Made by a program: the position numbers and the translations under genes. A model generated the notes under the pieces. The model ran no database searches. It saw nothing but the letters and a program-made list of their open reading frames with translations, and had not been told where the DNA came from. This document shows positions 42,310 through 51,773 of a stretch of DNA of 64,000 nucleotides, piece after piece. Source of the stretch: a virus (taxonomy: Duplodnaviria > Caudoviricetes); the IMG/VR virus record IMGVR_UViG_3300032233_002329, positions 2,427-66,426 of that record; one strand, given 5' to 3'. Each line of letters opens with the position of its first letter. Position 1 is the first letter of the stretch.

Positions 42310-42617
42310 TGGCAGTCCCCAGCAGCAGCGAATTCCTCCTCCGCTTCCCCGAGTTCGGCGAGCAATCGTCAACAGTGGTAGCAAGGGCATTGGCTGAAGC
42401 CGAGCGCTATGCGCCCGCAACCAGCTGGGGAACTACCCAATTCGACGCCGTCGGTTACCTAGCGGCTCACATCTTGGCAAGTCGCACCATGCAGATCGGC
42501 CAACAGATTGGGATGCTTTCAGGTTCTCCTAACGGTGACCTGTTTAATTCCACTCTCTATGGCCAGGAATACAAAAGGCTGTTGGACAGCCTGACCCTTA
42601 GCGGTTTTGCCCTGTAA
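42309..42617 (+). CDS. head-tail adaptor (DUF4054-like)
   Basis: FLLRFPEF, YLAAH, STLYGQEY. Confidence 0.8.
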   Translation: MAVPSSSEFLLRFPEFGEQSSTVVARALAEAERYAPATSWGTTQFDAVGYLAAHILASRTMQIGQQIGMLSGSPNGDLFNSTLYGQEYKRLLDSLTLSGFAL

Positions 42618-42620
42618 ACC

Positions 42621-43019
42621 ATGGCGATCTCAGCTGGCCTTGTCGCTAAATATGCTCCTTGGGGTAATGCCCAATTGGCATTTGAGCTAGGCACTGGCTA
42701 CGCAACCACAGATCCAACCACCGGTAACGCAGTTCAAACCACCGAGGTCGTTGAGTATCTCGCCGCCCTCGCTATCCAGGCACCCGCTTGGAAGCCTGAA
42801 GCAGGCGTGGATAACACGACGTATTCCTGTAAAGGCCGACTGCTAAGTCCGGTCACTTTTGACCCTCGTATCACCAATGGCTCTCAAGCCAACTGTGTGA
42901 TCAATGGGTATCGAGGCCGGTTTGAGCTTGTCTTCGATCTGACGATGGACCTGAATTTCAGACGGGACCTGCGCCAGCAGATCGAAGGCATCTTTCGAGT
43001 AGTGGGAGGACCTGCCTAA
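42621..43019 (+). CDS. putative head-closure protein
   Basis: Neck position; beta-rich. Confidence 0.55.
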   Translation: MAISAGLVAKYAPWGNAQLAFELGTGYATTDPTTGNAVQTTEVVEYLAALAIQAPAWKPEAGVDNTTYSCKGRLLSPVTFDPRITNGSQANCVINGYRGRFELVFDLTMDLNFRRDLRQQIEGIFRVVGGPA

Positions 43020-43393
43020 TGGCGCGCTCTCAACCGTCTCTCAGCGCTGAGCTGAAAGCCGCCACTACCCAAGCCATGCAGCAACTCAGCACATGGCTTG
43101 ATGGGCGCTTCACCGAAGAAATCTCTTCAACGAAGTGGCCTTACCCGACACCTCCCAAGGTGCGGGACATCGTGGACACTGGCCGCCTGCGGGCAAGCCA
43201 ATCACGCTCTGTTAATGCGGACGGCTCAGTCACCTTCACCTGGCCCGTCGACTACGCACAACAGGTCCACGAGGGCGGCGTTGCCACTACTGGCCTGCGC
43301 TTTCCCGGCCGACCCTGGACAAAAGCTCCCCTCGCGGAAGCTTCTGACAAGTTCGGCAAATATCTGCGCTCCGCATTGGAGGCGCAGCAATGA
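43019..43393 (+). CDS. HK97 gp10-like neck/tail-completion protein
   Basis: IVDTGRLRAS, YAQQVHEG, GRPW. Confidence 0.75.
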   Translation: MARSQPSLSAELKAATTQAMQQLSTWLDGRFTEEISSTKWPYPTPPKVRDIVDTGRLRASQSRSVNADGSVTFTWPVDYAQQVHEGGVATTGLRFPGRPWTKAPLAEASDKFGKYLRSALEAQQ

Positions 43394-43863
43394 CGATCTC
43401 GACCAGCTACCCACCGGTAACCGTTCTCAGGAACAACATTGAGACCCACATCCTCGACCTCTACGAGGCCGATGGAACAACACTCAAGGCATATACCGCG
43501 TGGCCTGGTTACTACAACCTGCCTGACAACACCCGCATCCCCGCGGTTTATGTCGTTGGCACGTCGATGGTGCCCTCGAACTGGAACATCACCGGTATTG
43601 AGTGCACGATCGAAGAGGTTCCCGAGATCGCCAGCCCTGGCTCTGTAAGTGGTGTTATCTCATTCGAGACCTGGTCAGTCAGGTTCACCAATTACGGAAC
43701 CAAAGAGGGGACCCGCATGACCACGTCACTTCTGGACATCAGCAGGCGACTGGCACGGGCCTTCCCCAGGGACCAAGTCACGTACATGGCCCGAACAGAG
43801 GTCACCTTTGAGGCCCTCACGGCCCGCATCCGCGGAGTCGTAATGAACCCCCCGATCCCCTAA
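43390..43863 (+). CDS. putative tail terminator
   Basis: Position just before the major tail protein. Confidence 0.55.
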   Translation: MTISTSYPPVTVLRNNIETHILDLYEADGTTLKAYTAWPGYYNLPDNTRIPAVYVVGTSMVPSNWNITGIECTIEEVPEIASPGSVSGVISFETWSVRFTNYGTKEGTRMTTSLLDISRRLARAFPRDQVTYMARTEVTFEALTARIRGVVMNPPIP

Positions 43864-43875
43864 GGAGTCACCACC

Positions 43876-44886
43876 ATGGCCGACTATGCCATCGGGCTTT
43901 CATTCCACAAGGCTCACCGGACTCTCGTCCGCGCCGTGGAACTGACTGCTCCCAACCGCTACTTCGCTACCCGCGACGCCGCTGGCTTGATCACCCTGCC
44001 CACCCTGGACACCGGTGCAAGCTACCTGCAACTGGGTGGCCTGACTAAAGCCAACTTCCAAGTCAACGACAAGAACCAGGACTTCCGCCTCCTCGGTGAT
44101 GACGGCTGGTCCGATAGCGTCATTACTGGAGCCTCTGTGCAGGCTTCGGTGAGCGCCTATTTCGCCAAGGACACCGAAATCCCCGCCGGTACTACGGTCC
44201 CCGTTTTCCGCGGTAGCTACGACGAAGGATTCAACGTCATCCAACGTTGCCGCTACGACAAGACCTTCGAGGTCTACTTTGAGTTCCTCAAAGAGTTGGG
44301 TCAAGCCAACGGCACCACCGGCAACTTCATCTACGACTTCACTGGTTTCAACGCTGTTATCAGCAACTACCAGGAGTCGATGAGTGCAGAAGGTCTGACC
44401 GAAATCAGCTTCGACCTGATGTCCCGCGGTCGCCCTGTCTTTGGCCGCTACGACGCTGGTTCAACTGCCCTCAGCATTGGCAACATCCAATCTGCCCTGC
44501 TGTTCACCGCTCCTTCTTCTGGTACTCGTCGTTATGCGACTGTGCCTGCGGATAACTCGAGCGCGATTGTCACCACCGCCAACCTCACTGTTACCTACAC
44601 CAGTGATGGCACAACGGCCCTGACCCAGCTTGCCCTTGGTCAAACCGACGGCAGCGGCTTCCGCCTGGAAGTGGCTTCCACCGGGGTGGCAGTTCCCTGT
44701 GCTGTGAGCATCGCCTCCAACGTGGTCACCATTGACCCCAGCCCCACACTTGCAGCCGGTACGATCTACCGCCTGAGGGTGGCTGACGGTGCTCTAACCC
44801 AAGCTGTGGACGCAAGTGGAAACGCTTCTGCCTCTGGCTTCAAGCGTGGCCTTCAAGGGTTCACAACTGAATTCCGGACTGCCTAA
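43876..44886 (+). CDS. major tail protein with a C-terminal Ig-like (Big_5-type) domain
   Basis: Tube-like N-terminus (DDGWSDSVITG); VTIDPSPTLAAGTIYRLRV. Confidence 0.8.
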   Translation: MADYAIGLSFHKAHRTLVRAVELTAPNRYFATRDAAGLITLPTLDTGASYLQLGGLTKANFQVNDKNQDFRLLGDDGWSDSVITGASVQASVSAYFAKDTEIPAGTTVPVFRGSYDEGFNVIQRCRYDKTFEVYFEFLKELGQANGTTGNFIYDFTGFNAVISNYQESMSAEGLTEISFDLMSRGRPVFGRYDAGSTALSIGNIQSALLFTAPSSGTRRYATVPADNSSAIVTTANLTVTYTSDGTTALTQLALGQTDGSGFRLEVASTGVAVPCAVSIASNVVTIDPSPTLAAGTIYRLRVADGALTQAVDASGNASASGFKRGLQGFTTEFRTA

Positions 44887-44911
44887 GCTTCCGAGTTCGT
44901 CCCCAAATACC

Positions 44912-44936
44912 AAGGCCCCACACCGGGGCCTTTTTT
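44912..44936 (+). terminator. intrinsic terminator after the MTP
   Basis: AAGGCCCC-ACACC-GGGGCCTT followed by TTTT. Confidence 0.85.
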
Positions 44937-44942
44937 GTACCT

Positions 44943-45176
44943 ATGCACCACGATCTGTTAATAGACCCGATCAACACGGTCTTTGCAATCAACTGCCAAG
45001 AAGAAGGCGCCACCCTTCACTGCGGCGCCATCTACCTCGAACCCCTCGTCCAAAGCAGCACTATAACTTTAGCGTATAAAGAGGCTAAGATTGAGGTTGA
45101 ACTACCAGTCGAGCTCGTCAACCAGACAATGCCCTTTCGGGCCTGGTCGATAGATCTCCCAATCAAAGATGTCTAA
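44943..45176 (+). CDS. hypothetical protein
   Basis: Overlaps the start of the chaperone gene. Confidence 0.55.
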   Translation: MHHDLLIDPINTVFAINCQEEGATLHCGAIYLEPLVQSSTITLAYKEAKIEVELPVELVNQTMPFRAWSIDLPIKDV

Positions 45177-45714
45177 GTACGCCAGCATCCTTTTCGAGCC
45201 CAGCAAGTTTCACGAGATCGGACCGTTCCGTTTCCCGGTCTACAACGACCTCGTCCCAGGTGAAGCCAAGGGCATCGAAGAGATCGGGCGCAAACAGTCC
45301 AAGTCCACCTTCCGATCCATCAAGTTGGCACAGCGGATTGCGAAGGACAAAGGCATCACTACCAAAGAAGCGGTCAACCTCTTAGGCGAGGCCGGCAACG
45401 ACGAAAACCAAGAAATCCTGTTTGATTACGCAACCGAACTCGAGGAGCTGCAACGCGACACCCTAGGGGCAACTGAACAGCAAATCGCATTTGTCACCCT
45501 GTTCATCCGCTACCGCGGCGAGGTGAAGCTTCCCCGGGCAAAAGAGTGGACCCGTCTTAGCGACTGGACCGACGAAGACACCGAGAGCATGCCGTCCAAA
45601 ACCATGGAGGATGTCTTCAAGCTGCTGACCTGGGAGCGTGATGGTTGGCCCGAACCGGAATCAGAGGGAAACGACGAGGAGCAGGAGTTCAGCCCACCCC
45701 CGAGCAAATCCTGA
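45169..45714 (+). CDS. tail assembly chaperone (lambda gpG-like)
   Basis: Between MTP and TMP; contains G GGA AAC at 45666-45672. Confidence 0.75.
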   Translation: MSKYASILFEPSKFHEIGPFRFPVYNDLVPGEAKGIEEIGRKQSKSTFRSIKLAQRIAKDKGITTKEAVNLLGEAGNDENQEILFDYATELEELQRDTLGATEQQIAFVTLFIRYRGEVKLPRAKEWTRLSDWTDEDTESMPSKTMEDVFKLLTWERDGWPEPESEGNDEEQEFSPPPSKS

Positions 45715-46145
45715 AGCAATGTGAGGATCACCTCCGCACACCACTAACAGATTGGGACAGCGTCTATGTCAGGGTGCGCTGCTCCGAGATCGGGGCTGAT
45801 TACCCTGCAGAACGCTTTCTTCGCACTCCAATTAGCAGTATCCGTTGGCTCCTACGCCAACTGGATGACCGTGAAAAAGGTCAGGCCAACCTGGCCAGCG
45901 TCTCAACAGCACGCCTGGCCCACATTGTTCTGCAGGCAGCCCATGGGATGTCAGGCTCGAAGAGTCCAGCACCTAAGGTCCAACCCAAAGACTTCCTTCC
46001 CTACCCGGATTGGAGGCCCAGCACAGCCGAGGCCGACGGTCCGGATCAACCCACGAAGTTCATTCTTACGGAGCTGGTCAAGACCCGTCAGATCCCAATG
46101 CACGTGTTCGCTGCACTCATAACTCGAGCAGAGGAAGAGCGATAG
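45666..46145 (+). CDS. -1 frameshift extension (gpGT-like)
   Basis: The -1 frame GKRRGAGVQPTPEQILKQ... is open to 46145, just before the TMP. Confidence 0.75.
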   Translation, partial: GKRRGAGVQPTPEQILKQCEDHLRTPLTDWDSVYVRVRCSEIGADYPAERFLRTPISSIRWLLRQLDDREKGQANLASVSTARLAHIVLQAAHGMSGSKSPAPKVQPKDFLPYPDWRPSTAEADGPDQPTKFILTELVKTRQIPMHVFAALITRAEEER

Positions 46146-46178
46146 CATGCGTTTAGCGGATAGCTAACGAGCGCGAAC

Positions 46179-49100
46179 GTGGCTGACTTTAGGCTTAACG
46201 TCACTGCGGATACACGTGATGCCGAGAGTAAGCTCCAGGCCGTAGACAAAGCTGCAAATCAAGCCACAAAGCAGCGTACATTAAGAATAGACGTAAACGA
46301 GTTAAGCAAGAATTTCAAGGATATAGACAAGAATGTAAAAGAAGCTGGTAATACAATTCAGCAGTTTTACCGTATAAGCAAAAACATCCCTGGCATTGGG
46401 GATCGAGTACGGGAGTTTGAAGCGCTTACCAAAGGGGCTGCCAACCTCGCGAAAACAGCACCAAGTTCAGCTGCGGCATTGCGTGAAAATGCAAAAGCAG
46501 GGACAATTCTCGCAACATCGTTTGAAACAGCTGGCAGCGCAGCTGGGCGGTTAGTAGACAACCTAGCCAGGACCGGCCTTGCACTATTCGCAGTAAAGCA
46601 AGCTGTAGGTATTCTGCAAAGTGCATTTGGTGGTTTTTTTGATTCAACCATTGGCCGAGAAATCAAGCTTAGGGAGACCCTGCTCAAGACTCAGAGCACA
46701 CTCGCATCTAATAACAGGGTTTTCAGTAATGGCAAGGAACTTACTGATCCACTAGAAAAGATCAAAGCACTCCGAGCACCTGTCGTTGAAGCCATTGAAG
46801 ATATCCGCATTAAATCTCTTGAGTTATCAGGAACTACATCTGAACAAGTCATCGAGGTATTTGGAGTTGTTGCATCGCAAATCAGCCAAGTAGGAGGAGG
46901 AATCAAAGAAGCAAAGGATTTAGCAATCAGTTTCTCTGCTGCCCTGTCAACATTTGGCTTACCTTTTGAGCAAGCTCGGCAGGAAATTGGATCAATACTT
47001 CGCGGAGATGTCGGACCTGATTCGTACTTGGCAAAGGCCCTTGGAATTGACAACAATGCAATACAAAAAGCCAAAACTCAGGTAGGAGGAGTAGTCAAAT
47101 TTGTCGAAGACAAGCTCGCTACTGCAGTGGCGGGTCAAGCCATTGCAGCGCAGGGCTTTGCAGGTATTGCGAGCAACATCCAAGAAATTGCACAACTAGT
47201 ACAACAAAGTTTTGGCGCAGGACTCTTAGATCCGTTGCTGGGCGGGCTTACCAACGTCTATGCCTTCCTGTTCAAGATTGGATCAAAACTGCGAGATCTA
47301 TCCAAAGCAGCAGGCGAGGGCATTGGTGGGACTCTGGCAAGCATTGGATCCCAAATCGGTGGTGGATCATCCCTACTTCAAACAGTCACCGGCGGTGCAG
47401 GTGACTTCACAACCCAACTAACCGAGAGCGTTAAAAAAGCATTCGTCAGCCTGCAAGCCGATGCCAATCAGATCATCGGTCCGTTACGAAACATCATTGA
47501 ACAAATTGCACTGAGTATTGGTGTAGTGGCAAAAGGCTTGGCCGATCTCGCCAAAGGCTTCATCAGCATCAACATTGAAAACTTCAAAGCACTAGCACAA
47601 TTAGTATCGAACCTAATTGGCACCGTCACGGCTTTAGCTAGCGCTTTTGGTGGCTTGCTAAGCGCGTATGGGCAGATACTGCAGGCCCCCCTAGTTCAAT
47701 ACGTTAGTCAGATCACAGTTCAATTCCAGTTGCTAGAAAAGATCGGAGTGATGTCAGGTATAAAACTGGCAATTGCCGCCGTTGGCATTCTCGCGGCTTG
47801 GAAGCCAATAGTTGCTTTCTTCCAAATGTTGGCAGCAAGGATTGCTGCTTTGATAGGGGGTCTTGTAATTACGATTGGCGCAATAGTTAGCCAAGTAGGC
47901 CAGGTTATAGCAAGATTTGCTGCAACCCTAACAGCTAGCGTACCTGCAGTTGAACTACTAAAAAATGAGTTAATTGCGCTGTCGGGTGCACTAATCACAA
48001 CGGGTACATCCGCAAGCGCAGCAGGTACAAAGATTGCACAAATTGGAGGAGCAACAGCAGGCGCAGCGAGCAAAGTAAGCGGCTTTATATTAAACGCGAT
48101 AAAGCTCAACTTAATACTGTTTGCTATTCAAGCCGCTGTTGCCATTGCAGCAGATGCCTTTGGCCGTTATCAGCAGGAACAAGAAAAAATTGCCAAGGAC
48201 AAAAGGGCAGAGCAAGCCTTAAAAGAACTTCGCACTACATACAAAAATGTAGGTGATACCGCATCAGAATCGACAAAGAGAGCCAAGGAGTTTCGCGAGG
48301 CACTTGTAAATGCCCAATACACTGATGCTCTGGATCGTCTTGAAAAAATAAGAGTAAAACTCCAAGAAATAAACGACCTAACATCAGGCAAGAAAAAAGA
48401 CTTTGGCGATTACTTACGTCAGATTGCTCAGCTTTTCAATCCAGAAAATATGACTGTAAGCCAGAAGCCTGGCGAAACATTCTCAGATGCGGTTTACCGT
48501 CAAAAGCTTGCGGAAGAGAAGAAAATCATAGAGGAGCGTGATAAGTGGGCCAAAGAAGTCGACAAAAAAAGCCTGGGAGAAAAGATTACACTTGAAGCCA
48601 ACAAGCGTACAGATCTAAACAAGGAAATAGCCGACCTTGAGCGTGGTCACGCCTCCAAGCTCTTCGAACTACGCCAACAAGCCGCTTCCAAGGAAGTCGA
48701 GATCTTCCGCTTGGCAGGTGAACTGCGGATTGCCGAGGTCGAGCGCGCCAACGCCAAGATGCTCAAGGGCCAAGAAGGTGCCTCAGCAGTCGCCATCGAA
48801 GCTCTCAACAAGTACCTAGCCACCCGAGAGCGGGGTGAACTCGAGATCGAGGCCGCCAAGCAAGAGCTGCACATCGAATCCGCCAACCTCGACAAATCCG
48901 TAGCTGACTACCGAATTGCGATCGAGAAGCAGATTGCTGAAATTAAGAAGAAGTCAAACGAGAACGACATCGCCACGGCTGACTACCGCAAGCAACAACT
49001 GCTAGCTGGAGGAGCAACCGGTGCTGCAGGTAGCAATGACGCCATTAGTGCTGCAGTAACGGCCACCAAGAACCTAACTGGAGTCAATAATCAGTGCGCC

Positions 49101-51023
49101 GAAGCGGTCAAACGCTTCATGGCAGTGATCGGGGTCAACAGCTCGGTGATGAACCAAGCGGCAAAGAGTGCCGAGAAGATGGGCACGGTGATGACCGATT
49201 GGTCCAAGCTCCAGCCGGGGGACATCGTGGCTCGGGGTAGCAAGGGCGATCCGAGGCATGTTGGAGTTTTTACCGGGGGCCAAAACGTCTTTCACCAAAG
49301 TGCAGGTCGTGGCCTGACGGCTGGGAACTACCCCGACCTCGGGTACTTCAAACAACAGGGCTACTTCATCCGCCCTTCCGGGATGGCAGCCGGTGCTGGC
49401 CCTGTGGCTAAGCCTGTCCTGCAGGAAACACCCAGCTTTAAGGATCCAAAAGCCTATGGCAACGACGTAGCCGCAATCACAGGCAACATCAAGAACCTGA
49501 ACGCCCGGGTTGCCGATCTCAGAGCCCAAGCCACCAACGCGAACACCAAAGCAGCCTTCGACGCCATCCTCGATGGTCTCTTCCCTGAGGTACCTATCGA
49601 GGGCGCCCAGAACGACTTAATCGAGCGCTTCAACAAGATCAATGCCATGCTTCTGAACACAGGAGCAAATACGAGCGCGAACGCTGCTGAGCAGAAGTTT
49701 GCTGATATCAAGGCCGATACCCTCTCGCAGATTGAAGTCCTGAAGAGGGAAAAGGATCAGTTCCTGGCGGTCATTGAGCAGCGGAGAAAATCGAGTGATC
49801 CCAAGAACAAGCTCTCCGACAAGGAAGCTGATCGCATTAACGTTGAGACGGAAAAACGGCTAGATGCCCAAATCACCAAACTCAAGGAAGTCGAAAAGGT
49901 CAAGAAATCGGTTGCTGCCGCTGAGAACTACCAAGAGGCACTCACCCAACAGCAACAGCTCCTGATTCAGTTCAACCAGCAGACAGAGGCCATTAAAGAA
50001 GAGGCCGAAGCCCGAAGGCTTGCTAACAGGCTCCGCATGGAAGGCTTCTCCGAAGAAGCCATCCAGAACGAACTGCGCAAACTGAAGCTCGATCAGGATT
50101 TTGCCAAAGCGGCAGCGGTACTGGATGCCCAGTATCTGATCCTCCAAAACTCACTTGCTCAGTACAACCTCGAGCAAGCAAAAGGCGTTGTGCTGACAGG
50201 TGCTGCAAAACAAGCCTATGACGACCTCGTTAAGAAGCTGGATGAACTCAAGAGAAAAAGAGACGAGCTAGAAGGCAAAAAGGACAAGGCCAAAACCGAC
50301 GGAGACGCTGCCACCAAGGGTGCCAAGGAAACCCCTCGAGATGCACTTACCAAGAGGGCCGGCGATCTCAAGAAGGAACTAAGCGAACTCACCAAGTGGT
50401 CCACCATCGTGATGGGTGCCGCTGAAAGCATCGGTAGCGCCTTCTCCGCTTCCTTCAAAGGAGTGATCGATGGCTCCATGACGGCCCGCGAAGCCCTGGC
50501 GAGCTTCTTCAAGAGCATCGCGAACTACTTCATGGATATGGCGGCCAAGATCATTGCCAAGATGATCGAAATGGCAATTATCAACACCATTGTGGGCCTT
50601 CTCCCCGGGGCCGGTGGTGGCGGTGGGGGTGGCATCTTCGGTTCAGGTCAGTTCAAGCCAGGATCAGGACCACAACTCTCACCATCCTTGCCAGGCGCAA
50701 AGGATTACAGCGGAATCTTCAAACAACGCGCCTCAGGCGGTCCTGTCAACTATGGCTCCACCTACCTCGTGGGTGAGCAAGGCCCTGAACTCTTCCGCCC
50801 GAACAACAGCGGCACAATTGTCCCTAACCACCAGATGGGTGGCGGAGCAGGTGTTGGTGGTAGCCCAATGAACATCGTGGTGAACGTCGACGCCAAAGGC
50901 ACCCAGGTTGCTGGGAACGATGACAAGGGTGCCGCCCTCGGTCGTGTTGTCTCACAAGCAGTGCAGGCAGAATTAGTGAAACAACAGCGCCCAGGTGGGC
51001 TGCTGGCCGGTACTTCCCGCTAA
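46179..51023 (+). CDS. tape measure protein with an embedded NlpC/P60-like hydrolase
   Basis: 1614 aa, helical and Ala/Gly-rich; QCAEAV...LQPGDIV...RHVGVF; C-terminal RASGGPV...VGEQGPELF. Confidence 0.9.
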   Translation: MADFRLNVTADTRDAESKLQAVDKAANQATKQRTLRIDVNELSKNFKDIDKNVKEAGNTIQQFYRISKNIPGIGDRVREFEALTKGAANLAKTAPSSAAALRENAKAGTILATSFETAGSAAGRLVDNLARTGLALFAVKQAVGILQSAFGGFFDSTIGREIKLRETLLKTQSTLASNNRVFSNGKELTDPLEKIKALRAPVVEAIEDIRIKSLELSGTTSEQVIEVFGVVASQISQVGGGIKEAKDLAISFSAALSTFGLPFEQARQEIGSILRGDVGPDSYLAKALGIDNNAIQKAKTQVGGVVKFVEDKLATAVAGQAIAAQGFAGIASNIQEIAQLVQQSFGAGLLDPLLGGLTNVYAFLFKIGSKLRDLSKAAGEGIGGTLASIGSQIGGGSSLLQTVTGGAGDFTTQLTESVKKAFVSLQADANQIIGPLRNIIEQIALSIGVVAKGLADLAKGFISINIENFKALAQLVSNLIGTVTALASAFGGLLSAYGQILQAPLVQYVSQITVQFQLLEKIGVMSGIKLAIAAVGILAAWKPIVAFFQMLAARIAALIGGLVITIGAIVSQVGQVIARFAATLTASVPAVELLKNELIALSGALITTGTSASAAGTKIAQIGGATAGAASKVSGFILNAIKLNLILFAIQAAVAIAADAFGRYQQEQEKIAKDKRAEQALKELRTTYKNVGDTASESTKRAKEFREALVNAQYTDALDRLEKIRVKLQEINDLTSGKKKDFGDYLRQIAQLFNPENMTVSQKPGETFSDAVYRQKLAEEKKIIEERDKWAKEVDKKSLGEKITLEANKRTDLNKEIADLERGHASKLFELRQQAASKEVEIFRLAGELRIAEVERANAKMLKGQEGASAVAIEALNKYLATRERGELEIEAAKQELHIESANLDKSVADYRIAIEKQIAEIKKKSNENDIATADYRKQQLLAGGATGAAGSNDAISAAVTATKNLTGVNNQCAEAVKRFMAVIGVNSSVMNQAAKSAEKMGTVMTDWSKLQPGDIVARGSKGDPRHVGVFTGGQNVFHQSAGRGLTAGNYPDLGYFKQQGYFIRPSGMAAGAGPVAKPVLQETPSFKDPKAYGNDVAAITGNIKNLNARVADLRAQATNANTKAAFDAILDGLFPEVPIEGAQNDLIERFNKINAMLLNTGANTSANAAEQKFADIKADTLSQIEVLKREKDQFLAVIEQRRKSSDPKNKLSDKEADRINVETEKRLDAQITKLKEVEKVKKSVAAAENYQEALTQQQQLLIQFNQQTEAIKEEAEARRLANRLRMEGFSEEAIQNELRKLKLDQDFAKAAAVLDAQYLILQNSLAQYNLEQAKGVVLTGAAKQAYDDLVKKLDELKRKRDELEGKKDKAKTDGDAATKGAKETPRDALTKRAGDLKKELSELTKWSTIVMGAAESIGSAFSASFKGVIDGSMTAREALASFFKSIANYFMDMAAKIIAKMIEMAIINTIVGLLPGAGGGGGGGIFGSGQFKPGSGPQLSPSLPGAKDYSGIFKQRASGGPVNYGSTYLVGEQGPELFRPNNSGTIVPNHQMGGGAGVGGSPMNIVVNVDAKGTQVAGNDDKGAALGRVVSQAVQAELVKQQRPGGLLAGTSR

Positions 51024-51430
51024 TGAATTACTACAAGGGATATCAAGGTTTGGTCAAGTTTGACAGTGCAGGTGTCAGTGCGAGCACGGTTGCTCAAGTC
51101 ACTGACTGGAAGATGACTGTAGAAAAGGCAATGATTGATAATACTAGAATTGGCGACACTTATGGTAAAACAGTTGGTGGCTTGATCAAAGGCTCCGGAT
51201 CGATTACGTTTGTCTATTCTGCAAGCAGTGCCGTATCATTTGTAGAGGCAGTTGGCATTGTTGGCGACGCTGGTACTGCACTATTCGAACTGTACATTTC
51301 TAGTACCAATGCCAAACGCATCGTCTTTAACGGTCTGATCAGCAAAGCGTCATACTCAGCCAATAGCCAAGAAATAGCTACGATGACTTGTGATTTCGTG
51401 ACAACAGGCACTATCACGTTGGATCTCTAA
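51023..51430 (+). CDS. second tail-tube-like protein
   Basis: YKGYQGLVK...VTDWKMT...TRIGD...GSGSIT...FVTTG resembles short tail-tube families. Confidence 0.55.
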   Translation: MNYYKGYQGLVKFDSAGVSASTVAQVTDWKMTVEKAMIDNTRIGDTYGKTVGGLIKGSGSITFVYSASSAVSFVEAVGIVGDAGTALFELYISSTNAKRIVFNGLISKASYSANSQEIATMTCDFVTTGTITLDL

Positions 51431-51771
51431 TGGCCACATTCCCCTCCATAAGTCCTACGTATGGCGCTCAAAAGAGCAGCCAACCCAAGATCAAGGAAAC
51501 CCAGTTTGGAGACGGGTATAGCCAGCGCATTCGCTGGGGCTTGAACCAGAACCCAAAAAAATGGAACCTGACGTGGGAAGTCTCAGAAACCGAGGCCGAC
51601 ACCATCGAAACATTCCTAAATGCACGTGCGAACGACGGAGCTTCATTTGACTGGACACCACCGGATGACAGCACGTCCTACAAATGGACATGCTATCAAT
51701 GGCAAAAGAGTATTCCCTATTTGAATAGAGCGTCCATAACTGCAACTTTCAACCAAGTATTTGAGCCTTAG
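51430..51771 (+). CDS. lambda gpM-like distal tail protein
   Basis: QFGDGYSQR..GLN, FL.AR....SFDWTPP, ATFNQVFEP. Confidence 0.88.
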   Translation: MATFPSISPTYGAQKSSQPKIKETQFGDGYSQRIRWGLNQNPKKWNLTWEVSETEADTIETFLNARANDGASFDWTPPDDSTSYKWTCYQWQKSIPYLNRASITATFNQVFEP

Positions 51772-51773
51772 CC

